Positions 44,533 to 54,200 of a DNA stretch of 64,000 bases are shown here, in pieces. Below the pieces are notes generated by a model. That model was not told where the DNA came from and searched no databases. It was given only the letters and a program-made list of their open reading frames with translations. The DNA comes from an uncultured delta proteobacterium (lineage in GTDB: Bacteria > Myxococcota_A > Polyangia > Polyangiales > Polyangiaceae): contig CAWDXG010000004.1 in assembly GCA_963806225.1 (NCBI GenBank), positions 320,001 through 384,000 on the forward strand. The letters run 5' to 3'. The position numbers and the translations under genes were made by a program. Every line of letters begins with the position of its first letter. The stretch's first letter is position 1.

Positions 44533-44952
44533 CTACCCCGCCGCTTTCCGCCCTTCGTCGGCGGGACCGTGCGTGTGCTCTTCCACCCGGAGGGAGCCCG
44601 CGGCGTCCTTGAGGCCGCGGCGGACGAGCATGACCTCGACGCGGTCGGGGCGGAGCGCTTCGCGCAGCACGGCATCGGCGCGCTGGGGGACGCAGTCGCC
44701 ACAGGTGTAGAAGTCGACGGCGGCGTAGCCGCACTCGGGCCAGGTGTGGACCGAGAAGTGCGACTCCTCGATCACGATGACGCCGGTGATGCCCTGGGGC
44801 GCGAACGGCTGGAACACCTCGGCCACGACGGTGGCGCCCGCGGCCTGGGCCGCAGCGCGCATCATGCTGCGGACGGCCGCGATGTCATCGAGCACGGCGA
44901 GATCGCAGCCGTGGTACTCGACAAGCAGATGCGTCCCAAGCGTATCGACCAC
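44533..44952 (-). CDS. speD: S-adenosylmethionine decarboxylase proenzyme
   Basis: LGTHLLVEYHGC, FAPQGITGV, EESHFSVHTWPE (pyruvoyl cleavage site), VDFYTCG. Confidence 0.93.
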   Translation of the reverse strand: MVDTLGTHLLVEYHGCDLAVLDDIAAVRSMMRAAAQAAGATVVAEVFQPFAPQGITGVIVIEESHFSVHTWPECGYAAVDFYTCGDCVPQRADAVLREALRPDRVEVMLVRRGLKDAAGSLRVEEHTHGPADEGRKAAG

Positions 44953-44999
44953 GGCCCGGATCTGTACCAGGGACGCCGCAATGCGTCGAGCAGAGCGGC

Positions 45000-46214
45000 T
45001 CAGGGGCCGGCCAGTGCGTCGAGGTGCCGGGCGACGGCGCGGGCGCTCATCACGCCCTTGTAGACGTACAGGGCGCCGGTTTCGCCGGGTTCCAGCACTT
45101 CTTCGCTGACGCGCAGGCGGCTCGAGACCGCAAACAGGATACGCGCGGGCAGCCCCGCCTGGACCAGTTCCACCCGCCGCCACACCGCCTCGCGGCTCCA
45201 GTAGCCGAGCACCTCGAGCAGGATCTGCTCGCCCGTTTCCTCATGGGAAAAGACCAGATCGGGCACGCACAGGCCGACGCCCGGCAGATCCACGATGGCC
45301 GAGCTGGGCTCGACGCTCCACGACGAAGCGAGGCTACGGAAGGCGTCGACGAGCGCGGCAACGTCGTCGGGCAGCGCGGCCTGCCCGGATGCCTCCGCGT
45401 GGCGGTTCCTGTGCTCGTAGCGGAACACGAGCGCGTCGCGCTTCTTGCCCCAGCGCACGTCGGCGGTGAGCCGGAGCGAGTCGCACTCCTCCAGCGCCGG
45501 CAGCACCAGCGCCAGCGCCAGGCCGTATTTCGTCACCGACTCGAACAGGCTGTACGGCCCGTCGATGTCGATACGGTAGCCACCGTCGTCCATGGGCTCG
45601 ATGCTGTAGAGCAGACGCCGGAACTTGAGCTTGTTGAACAGCGCGCGATACGCGGCGGGCGACGCGCAGCGCACCTCGGCGCGGACGCGCACCGCGCGCA
45701 GCAGCACTGCCTGGATCTGCGCGTGCTCGTAGCGGGCGAGCAGGGCGTCGGCGCCGATCGATTCCACACCGAGCAGCTGCTGGGCGCCGCGCAAGTCGGA
45801 ATACAGCGCGCGCTCGAGCTCCGCCGGCTCGAGCCCCGCCGCGGCGGCGGCTTCACCGAGCACGAGCTCGCGATCGAAGCGCTGCCCCGTCGCCAGCGCG
45901 CGCCGTGCGGCCGCGGCGCGCAGGAACAGATCCGAGCGCAGCGCGGGCGGGTCGTGCCCGGACTCGGCCGAGAACTCGCAGGCGTCCTCGATGAGCTTCA
46001 TCAGACCGTCGGCCAGACGACGCTCGCGCGCGGCTACCTGGACCGCACGCCAGGCTTCGCGGAGCTCGTCGCGGCTGCCGCCGATTCCGGCGCGCGCCAC
46101 GTCGAGCAGCACGCCGGCGAGCTCCACGGCGCTCTGGCGCTGCGCGCCCTTGAGCGAGCTGATGTGCAACTCCCCTGTCCTGCGCCGCGCGCGCACCAGC
46201 TCCGCTGTCAGCAC
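45000..46214 (-). CDS. DUF790 family (Bax1-like) predicted nuclease
   Basis: LYSDL, LKFRRLLY, IDGPYSLFESVTKYG, VPDLVF...LLEVLGYW; neighbours an XPB-like helicase. Confidence 0.88.
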   Translation of the reverse strand: MLTAELVRARRRTGELHISSLKGAQRQSAVELAGVLLDVARAGIGGSRDELREAWRAVQVAARERRLADGLMKLIEDACEFSAESGHDPPALRSDLFLRAAAARRALATGQRFDRELVLGEAAAAAGLEPAELERALYSDLRGAQQLLGVESIGADALLARYEHAQIQAVLLRAVRVRAEVRCASPAAYRALFNKLKFRRLLYSIEPMDDGGYRIDIDGPYSLFESVTKYGLALALVLPALEECDSLRLTADVRWGKKRDALVFRYEHRNRHAEASGQAALPDDVAALVDAFRSLASSWSVEPSSAIVDLPGVGLCVPDLVFSHEETGEQILLEVLGYWSREAVWRRVELVQAGLPARILFAVSSRLRVSEEVLEPGETGALYVYKGVMSARAVARHLDALAGP

Positions 46215-46250
46215 GGCGCGCCCCCCCTACACGACCAAGCACGATTCGCG

Positions 46251-47078
46251 GAAATGCGCGCCCCACGCGCATTTCCGCCCCGTGGGACGACTGACAGCTC
46301 CGAAATGCGCGCCCCACGCGCATTTCCGCTCCGTGGGACGACTGACAGCTCCGAAATGCGCGCCCCACGCGCATTTCCGCTCCGTGGGACGCCTGACAGC
46401 TCCGAAATGCGCGCCCCACGCGCATTTCCGCTCCGTGGGACGACTGACAGCTCCGAAATGCGCGCCCCACGCGCATTTCCGCTCCGTGGGACGACTGACA
46501 GCTCCGAAATGCGCGCCCCACGCGCATTTCCGCTCCGTGGGACGCCTGACAGCTCCGAAATGCGCGCCTCACGCGCATTTCCGCCCCGTGGGACGACTGA
46601 CACCTCCGAAATGCGCGCCCCACGCGCATTTCCGCTCCGTGGGACGACTGACAGCTCCGAAATGCGCGCCCCACGCGCATTTCCGCTCCGTGGGACGACT
46701 GACAGCTCCGAAATGCGCGCCCCACGCGCATTTCCGCTCCGTGGGACGACTGACAGCTCCGAAATGCGCGCCTCACGCGCATTTCCGCTCCGTGGGACGA
46801 CTGACAGCTCCGAAATGCGCGCCCCACGCGCATTTCCGCCCCGTGGGACGACTGACACCTCCGAAATGCGCGCCTCACGCGCATTTCCGCTCCGTGGGAC
46901 GACTGACAGCTCCGAAATGCGCGCCCCACGCGCATTTCCGCCCCGTGGGACGACTGACAGCTCCGAAATGCGCGCCTCACGCGCATTTCCGCTCCGTGGG
47001 ACGACTGACAGCTCCGAAATGCACGCCCCACGCGCATTTCCGCCCCGTGGGACGACTGACAGCTCCGAAATGCGCGCC
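46251..47078. repeat. 51-bp tandem hairpin repeat, 16 full copies plus a partial one
   Basis: GAAATGCGCG-CCCCA-CGCGCATTTC-CGCTCCGTGGGACGACTGACAGCTCC; exact 51-bp period from 46251 to 47067. Confidence 0.97.
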
Positions 47079-47234
47079 ACTCCAACGTCCAGCCGCTGGA
47101 TTAGCCGCGCCGTCCGCCACAATGCTCGACCCAGAAGACCTTCCGCGCTTCCGATCTTCCTGTGGGAAATCCGGGAACGGCATGTGCTGTTGTCACCGCT
47201 GGGCCGAGCGGTAGAGCAGCGCCGCGCGCGTCCG

Positions 47235-48602
47235 CTAGCGATACGCATCGTGCTCCCGCCGCCGCTCGCTGGTGAAGGTCTCGCTGGTGCCGGCCGTGAC
47301 GAGCTCGTACAGGACGGCGCGCTTGTCGCCTTTGGGGCGCAGGATGCGCCCCAGCCGCTGCACGTGCTCGCGCACGCTGCCGCTGCCGCTGATGACCACG
47401 GCCACGCTGGCCTCCGGCACGTCCACACCCTCGTTCAGCACCTTGGAGGTGACGACCACGCCGTACTCGCCGCTGGAAAAGCGCTCGAGGAGGCTGCTTC
47501 GCTCGCGCACTTTCGTCTGGTGCGTGATGGCGGGCACGAGGAAGCGGCGCGAGATCTGGTAGGCCGTGGCGTTGTCCTGCGTGAAGACCAGCGTGCGCTC
47601 GCCGCGGTGCTCGTGGAGCAGCTGGTCGAGCACGTCGAGCTTGGCGGGAGCGGCGAACGCCAGCTCGCGCTGGCGACGGTAGGCGCGCATCGCGCGCTGG
47701 CCCTGCTCGCTGCCAGCGGAGCGCTGGATGAACTCCGTCCAGCCGCCGGGCGTGCCCATGCGGATACCGTTCGAGCGGACGAAGTCGAGATACAGCGCGC
47801 GCTCGGCGTCGTGCTCCTCGCGGGCCTCCGGCGTCAGCTCCACCTCGATGCGGACGGTGTCGTACTCGGCCAGGTAGCGGCCGCTGAGCTCGAGGATGTC
47901 CTTGCGGTAGACGACCGGGCCGATCAGCCCTTCGAGCGCGTCCTCCCTGCCGTCGGCGCGCTCGGGAGTGGCGGTCAGACCCAGGCGATACGGCGCCAGG
48001 CAGAGCTGGGCCGAGAGCGCATAGGTCGCGCCCGGCAGGTGGTGGCACTCGTCGAACACGACCATGCCGAAGCGCGCGCCGAGGTGCTCCATGTGCAGGT
48101 ACGCCGAGTCGTATGTGGTCACCGTGAGCGGGCGCACATCGTGGTCGCCGCCGCCCACGAGCCCCACGTCCGTGCCGAAGCTGCCCCGGAGCAGGTCGTA
48201 CCACTGGCGCACGAGATCCAGCGTGGGCGCGACGACGAGCGTGCTGCGCCGGCGATCGTCGATGGCCATCACGGCGAGGTGGCTCTTGCCGGCGCCGGTG
48301 GGCAGCACGACCACGCCGCGGCCGCGCGCCTTTTTCCACGCGGCCAGCCCCTCGCTCTGGTACGGCCTCGGCTCGCGGCGCACGCGCGCGCCGTGCTCGA
48401 GCTCGACGTACGCCCGCGCCTGGTCGTCGAACGGGTGCTTGCCGTGCACCAGTGCACGCACGACCTCCGCATAGGCCAGAGCGGGCGCGCGATAGCACGC
48501 CGTGCGCGCGTCCCAGTCGAGCGCCGGAGGCAGCTCGACGCCGTCCGCCTGCAGTCCGCGGAGCTCGAGCGTGCCGGCAGAGAAGACCAGCGTCGCGGTC
48601 AT
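47235..48602 (-). CDS. XPB/Rad25-like superfamily 2 helicase
   Basis: PRPYQ, LPTGAGKS, VVAPT, FDECHH, LGLTATPER, VLNEGVDVP, QRLGRILR. Confidence 0.93.
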   Translation of the reverse strand: MTATLVFSAGTLELRGLQADGVELPPALDWDARTACYRAPALAYAEVVRALVHGKHPFDDQARAYVELEHGARVRREPRPYQSEGLAAWKKARGRGVVVLPTGAGKSHLAVMAIDDRRRSTLVVAPTLDLVRQWYDLLRGSFGTDVGLVGGGDHDVRPLTVTTYDSAYLHMEHLGARFGMVVFDECHHLPGATYALSAQLCLAPYRLGLTATPERADGREDALEGLIGPVVYRKDILELSGRYLAEYDTVRIEVELTPEAREEHDAERALYLDFVRSNGIRMGTPGGWTEFIQRSAGSEQGQRAMRAYRRQRELAFAAPAKLDVLDQLLHEHRGERTLVFTQDNATAYQISRRFLVPAITHQTKVRERSSLLERFSSGEYGVVVTSKVLNEGVDVPEASVAVVISGSGSVREHVQRLGRILRPKGDKRAVLYELVTAGTSETFTSERRREHDAYR

Positions 48603-48681
48603 ACGGGTGCAGATCGGGCAGACACCACGGGCCAAAGCCATAGCAGATCGGCCCCGGCCGGGGGCAGTTGCGACAAACCCG

Positions 48682-49464
48682 CTACTTGCCGAGCAGCGTC
48701 AGGATCTTGGCAATGGCTGTCTTGACGCTGGAGTCGCCGATCCCCGCGAGGCTGCCCTGCGTCTTGTAGACGATCTTCATGGTACACAGGTCGACGATGA
48801 AGACCGTCTCGCGCTCGCCAACCAGCTGCTGGTTCGGGTCGATGGGCGACACGGTCGTGACCGACAGGCTGTACGCGGTGATCCAGGCGTCGAGGTTGCC
48901 GGTGTGCAGGCTCTCCACGACCGCGCCCCCCGCGTCCGTCACCTGCTTGCCCTGCGCGCCCAAATCCTGGGCAGCGTGCTTGCAGCCTGGTCAGAAGTTC
49001 TCCGACAAGTGCACGAGCGCATAGCCGCGCCCGGACTGCCGGAGATCGTCCATCGAGTAGTTGTTCACGTAGGGACGGGTGTTGGCCAGTCCCTGCGCCG
49101 TGTCGTTGACGTAGCCCTCGAAGTGCCAGTCGGCGATCGTGTCGCCGACGTTCTCGCCGTAGGGGCCCGCCGGATAGCTCGCCGCCGGAGTGCACGCTGC
49201 GCTGCCCCCTGTCCCGCCATTACCCGCTGTGCCGCCGATGCCCGCCGTGCCGCCTGTTCCGGCCGTCCCGGCGCTGCCCGCGGCGCCGCCGCTGCCCTGG
49301 CCGGCGCTGCCTCCGGCACCTGCCGAGCCACCCGCCGCGGAGCCTGCATTGCTGCTCGAGCCGCAACCGGTTGCGCCGACGACGAGCGCCGAAGCCACCG
49401 CGGCGCGACGCACCCATCGCAACGAAGCGCGGGAGCGGGGCGGAGGGCGACGGGAACGCATCAC
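48682..49464 (-). CDS. Thioredoxin/AhpC-TSA-fold lipoprotein, candidate selenoprotein (in-frame TGA at 48993-48991)
   Basis: ORFs 48991-49464 and 48682-48963 share one frame; readthrough gives VHLSENF-U-PGCK; YPAGPYG..VGDTI and TVFIVDLCTMKIV fit the fold; ATGC lipobox. Confidence 0.8.
48955..48976 (-). promoter_or_regulatory. Putative bacterial SECIS hairpin
   Basis: CGC-U-GCCCA/GGAUU/UGGGCGCG; 8-bp stem with bulged U; loop starts with G, 23 nt after the UGA. Confidence 0.6.
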
Positions 49465-50450
49465 TTCTTCTCGCGGATACCTATCCAGGTGATGTACTGG
49501 AGGCCCGTCGCGCTGTCCATCGTGATGGTCTTGCCGTCGGCCGACACCGTGCCCGTGGCCACCGGTGCGAACGTCCCGGTGGGGACGAGATCCGGGTACA
49601 GGTAGCTGCCGAGCTGGAGAAACTCGACCGGGGTCGACGCGGGAAGACCCGTGGTATTCGCGAAAGTCATCTGCGCCAGCGCGGGCTTGCCGGTCTGGGC
49701 GTCGAGGAATGCCGCTTCGAATGGGCCGAAGGCGTAGAGCGCCGACAGGTTCAGCGACGGGTCGACGAAGTCGCTCCAGAGGTTCTGCGGAACGGCCAGT
49801 GCGCGGAACTCCTTGCCCGGCGCGCCGGCGTCGAGCTCGTCGTAGTCGAGCTTCACCTCGACCCCGGCAGGTACGTCCAGCGTCACATCGCCGGACGTGA
49901 CGGACTGCATCGGCGAGCCGTCGGGGTACGCGACCAGCGCCGGGCCTTCGGGCAACGGCAACAGCGGCGTGTCGCCCACGTCGAGATCCGGCAGGGGCGA
50001 ACCAGGGAGCTGGTAGTAGAAGCCGGCCTTGAACGGCCGCTTGTGGACGAGCAGCGAGGTCTTCGACAGGACGATGTGGCGGTTGACCGGCACGCTGAAA
50101 CGCCCGTCCGCACCCGAGTTGCCCGGGAAGCAGGCCGTGCCGCAGACGCTGACCAGCACGCCCGACACCGGCGCACCGGAAGCGTCGATCACGCGGCCGG
50201 TGACGTTGTGGACGCAGACCGCGCCGGCGGGGATCTCCGAGGCGGGCTCGCTGCAGGGAGCCGCGCCCCCGGCCCCCCCGGCGCCCCCGACACCGCCCGA
50301 GCCGCCCGCGCCCCCTGCCGCGGCGCCGGCGCTACCGCCCGACGCGGCCGCGCCGCTAGGAGCGGCGTTTCCACAGCCGGCGAGGGCCAGCGCCCCCACC
50401 AGGACCGCGGCGTGGCGCCGCACAAGCGAAAAGAGCTCGGAATAGGCCAT
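49461..50450 (-). CDS. Lipoprotein with carboxypeptidase-regulatory-like (transthyretin-like) domain
   Basis: LAGC lipobox; VTGRVIDASGAPVSGVLV...DGRFSV; overlaps the selenoprotein candidate start. Confidence 0.8.
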   Translation of the reverse strand: MAYSELFSLVRRHAAVLVGALALAGCGNAAPSGAAASGGSAGAAAGGAGGSGGVGGAGGAGGAAPCSEPASEIPAGAVCVHNVTGRVIDASGAPVSGVLVSVCGTACFPGNSGADGRFSVPVNRHIVLSKTSLLVHKRPFKAGFYYQLPGSPLPDLDVGDTPLLPLPEGPALVAYPDGSPMQSVTSGDVTLDVPAGVEVKLDYDELDAGAPGKEFRALAVPQNLWSDFVDPSLNLSALYAFGPFEAAFLDAQTGKPALAQMTFANTTGLPASTPVEFLQLGSYLYPDLVPTGTFAPVATGTVSADGKTITMDSATGLQYITWIGIREKK

Positions 50451-50539
50451 GATCTACTGCATACGCCACCGGGAACGCATCGGTTACGCCCGGCCGGCAT
50501 CCATGGTCGCTCGAGGCCGGCCCCGACTGGACGATCCGC

Positions 50540-51205
50540 TCAGCGGAACAGCGAGGCGACCCCCTCGCCCGACTCGCCGCCCATCAGCTCGATCGGGACG
50601 TGCCAGGCGACCTCGCCGATGTAGCGGTCGCGGCGCTGGCGCAGGCGCACCAGCGTGGCGCTGCAGTTGCCCATGCGCACGATGCATACCCGTGGCACAG
50701 GCTCGCAGATCATCAGCTTCAAGAGCTGGAAGTTGATGCCGCCGTGCGCGACCAGCAGCACTCGATGGCCGGCCTCGCGGTGCCGCTGCTCGAGCCTGGA
50801 AAACAGCCGCTGCGCGCGCTCCTGCACCTCGTCGTAGCTCTCGCCGCCAAACTCGCTGAAGTCGGCGAGCTGGGAGACCCCGCGCTCGAGGAAGTGCGGG
50901 AAGCGCTCGAGCATATCGTCGCGCGTGAGCCCTTCGAGCTGGCCCGCCCGGAGCTCGGCCAGATCCTGCTCGGGCTGGGCGGCGGGCAGCCGGGTGAGCT
51001 CCGCCAGCAGTGCGGCGGTCTGGCTCGCGCGCAACAGCGGCGAGCAGTACGCCACGTCCCACGCGATCGCATGGCGCTCGAGCCACGCGGCGAGCCGAGC
51101 GGCTTGTTCGCGCCCGCGATCGGACAGCGGGTAGTCCCGGTGCCCCTGCATGCGGCCTTCGAGGTTGCCGACGCTCTCGCCATGGCGGACCAGCAGTATC
51201 TCCAT
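50540..51205 (-). CDS. Histidine phosphatase family protein
   Basis: LVRHGES, SPLLRASQTA, GGES, LLVAHGG. Confidence 0.93.
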   Translation of the reverse strand: MEILLVRHGESVGNLEGRMQGHRDYPLSDRGREQAARLAAWLERHAIAWDVAYCSPLLRASQTAALLAELTRLPAAQPEQDLAELRAGQLEGLTRDDMLERFPHFLERGVSQLADFSEFGGESYDEVQERAQRLFSRLEQRHREAGHRVLLVAHGGINFQLLKLMICEPVPRVCIVRMGNCSATLVRLRQRRDRYIGEVAWHVPIELMGGESGEGVASLFR

Positions 51206-51228
51206 GCGGCAGACCCCCTAGCACGGGT

Positions 51229-54200
51229 CTACGGCGAGCGCGCGCTTCGCCCGAGCCCTTTCCAATGGTCGAGCGCCGCGGCATGCGGGTCGAGCGCGTC
51301 GGCCGGCTTGTCGATCATCCAGATGGGGTCCAGCTCGAGCTGCCGCTGCCAGACCATGCCGTCCGCCGTGACGAACGTGTAGCGGTCTTCGCCCGGAGTG
51401 CGGACGCACGCATCGATCGCGGACGGCGCGGCCAGAAGCGACAGCACGCGCGATCCCGCCGTGTCGACCAGCCAGACCCGCCCGCCCGCGGTACCGACAA
51501 CCAGCCCGCGACCGCCGACCGACCACACCAGACAGCGCACCGCCGAAGCGGCCGTGTAGACGCTGCGGGATGTCTTCCCCGACAGCGGGTGCACCAGGAC
51601 CTGACCCGACGGCGTGGCGACGGCCAGCGTGGTACCGTCCTGCGACAGCGCGACGGCGCTGATCGCCTGACCCGGCGCGACGATGATGGGCGCGCCCATC
51701 CTGGCGTCCGGAACGTCGACGAGGCGCACCGCGCCCGCTCTGTCGCCGACCGCGAGGTGCGCGTCGTCATGGGAGAAGCCGAGCGCCGTCACCGGAGCGG
51801 GCAGCGCCGAGACCTGTCCGGGCGGCTCGGTCTGGGTGCGCGCGAGCAGCAGCACGTGCCGCCCATCGCGGTCGCCTGCGAGCGCGAGCGGCGAGCCGGA
51901 GCGGCCGTACGCGAGTCGCAAGTCGGTGACCGGGACACCGTGGACGACGCTCGCGCTGCCGCCGTACACCCGGGCCAGATTCCCACCTGGAAGTTGCCAC
52001 GCCGCCGCGGCAGCGCGCGGTCCGATCGCGAACGGCAGCTTTCCTGCAGCCGGCGGGCGCGCGCCGGGCGGCAGGTCGACCGACGTCGCGCCGGCGCGTC
52101 GGTCGCCACCTGTCGGTTCCGCGGCGAGCGCGTGGGCGTCGAGACAGGCGACGGCCGAACCGTCACTGGCAGCATTGCAGCGCGTTCCGGCGGGCGCCGG
52201 ACCCCGGACCACGCGCGCGCTGGCCTCGTCGAGCGGCCAGGCGCGCACTCCGCCGTCTCGCGAGCTGGCGACGAGCCAGTGCCCGTCCCGGTCTGCCGCC
52301 AGATGGCCCAGCGGCTTCGTCGCGCCGGCCAGTCGCCCCACGACGGTTCCGGTGTCCTCGGAGAGCAGCCGGACAGCGTCGTGACGGACCGCGACGGCGA
52401 GCGTGCGCCGCGACGGGATCCACGCGTGGAGCGCGCTCTTCACGAACAAGCGCGAGACAGGCTCGAGCCCCGCGCTCCACAGCACCGCATGCTGCTCGAC
52501 GTCGATGCCGAGCCAGCGCTCGCCGTCGGGTGATGCTTCGAGCACCTGCCAGCTCGTGCTGGAAGACGTGTCGTGCCATTCCGGGCGCGGCCCGTGCGTA
52601 GCGAGCACAACGCGGGCGACGCGCCCCCGGGCGTCTCCAGCCAGCAGCGTGGAACCGTCGGGCGAAAGCGCGACCGCCGTCACATCGGCGTCTCCGGATT
52701 CGAGGGAGGTGCGGCTGGCGTCGTCCGTGTCGAGCACGCCGAGCCCGCCGTCCGCGCCGACCAGCGCTGCGCGCGCGCCGCCCTTGTCCAGACTGAACGC
52801 ACGAAGGCGGCTCGCGAGAACCCGGCGCCCGTCCGCGCCGCCGAACACCGACAGCTCGAGCGCCGCCGGGGGGCCGCAGCCCGCCAACAGGCTGTCGTCC
52901 TCCTTCCACACGAGGCGGCGCACCGGGCCGCTGCACTGGAAGCGCTTCGAGAGGCCGCCGCTGGTCTTCATCACCACGATCGAGCCCGCGCGGTCCCCGA
53001 GCGCAACGCGCAAGCTATCGGCCGCGAACGCCAGCGCGGTCGGCGATTTGCCGAAGCCCGCTGGCCAGTGCAGGACGCGGCGCCCGGGCCCTCCGACATC
53101 GAGCAGTCGCAGGCCGGCGGCGGGGCTCGCCGTCGCCACCTTCGCGGCGTCCGGCGACCAGCCGATGAGCGCGCTGCCGTCCGTGTTGCGCGGCAGCACC
53201 TCGGGCACGCCCGCCAGCCGCGCCTGCCAGGCGATCGGATCCAGATCGGTGTCCGGACCGAGCTCGCGGCTCTCGAGCGCAGCGGCCAGTGCCTTCGCCG
53301 GATCGCGGTCGGCGTCCAGCGTCGCCACGCGCTTCAGGAGCTCTCGCGTCCGGCGGACGGAGCTCTGGTGCGCGCGGTCGGCCTGCGTGCGGGTATGGTC
53401 GAGCTCCGCCGCGAGCCGTCGCTCGCTCGCCTTGGTCACCAGCGCCAGCACCAGCACCAGCAACGCGCCCGCCACCAGGAGCGAACGCAAGAGGAAGCGC
53501 CGGCGCTGCGCCCGTCGCCGGACCGCCTCCACGAACGAGAGCTCCTTCTGCCCGAGCGGCGCCTCGGTGCGCTCGAACCATGCGAGCAGCCGCGCTGCCT
53601 GCTCGCCGTCCCACAGCGCGCCGTCGGGGCGACCTTGCGCTTCCCACTCGCGCGCGCCAGCCGCCATGCGCTCGCGGACAGCGTGATCCTCGCCGGACAG
53701 CGCCAGGAGCGCCGCCAGCGCGGGCCACCCGCTCACGAGTGCCTCGTGCACCAGCTCCACCTCGCCCGCGCTCTCCACCACCAGCTTCTCGCTCAGCAGG
53801 CGGCCGAGCGCCCGCGCCCCCGCCGAACCGCCGACCGCGGGATCCTCGAGCGTTGCGCGCGGAACGACGGCGCGCGCGCCGTCGGCTGTCACGAGCCGGA
53901 CGAGGATCTGCTGGGCCGCCTTGCGCTCTTCGGGACCCATGCCGGAAAGCACCGAGTCGGCGTGCCGGGCCAGGGCGCCGGCGAGCCCGCCGAGCTCCTG
54001 CCAGGCGGCGCTCGGCAGCAGGCGCCGCTGCGTATCGCGCGCTTCCCACCACGCCGCCATCGCGAACGACATGAGCGGCAGACCCGCGGCGGTGCGCGCC
54101 ACGTCGCTCGCGATGGTCCCTGCGATCGACGGATCCTCCAGCTCGAAACCCGCCGCACGCGCCGGCTCGACCAGAGCGTGCTCCAGGGCTTCGCCGAGCA

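Noticed and set aside
46251..47078. 51-bp hairpin array as a CRISPR next to a helicase and nuclease
   Set aside because: The would-be spacers are essentially identical; the neighbours look like XPB and DUF790, not Cas3 or Cas4
45024..48725. 1233-aa plus-strand ORF, and similar 52573-56298 and 8853-10661 ORFs
   Set aside because: Antisense shadows of real genes, typical of high-GC DNA
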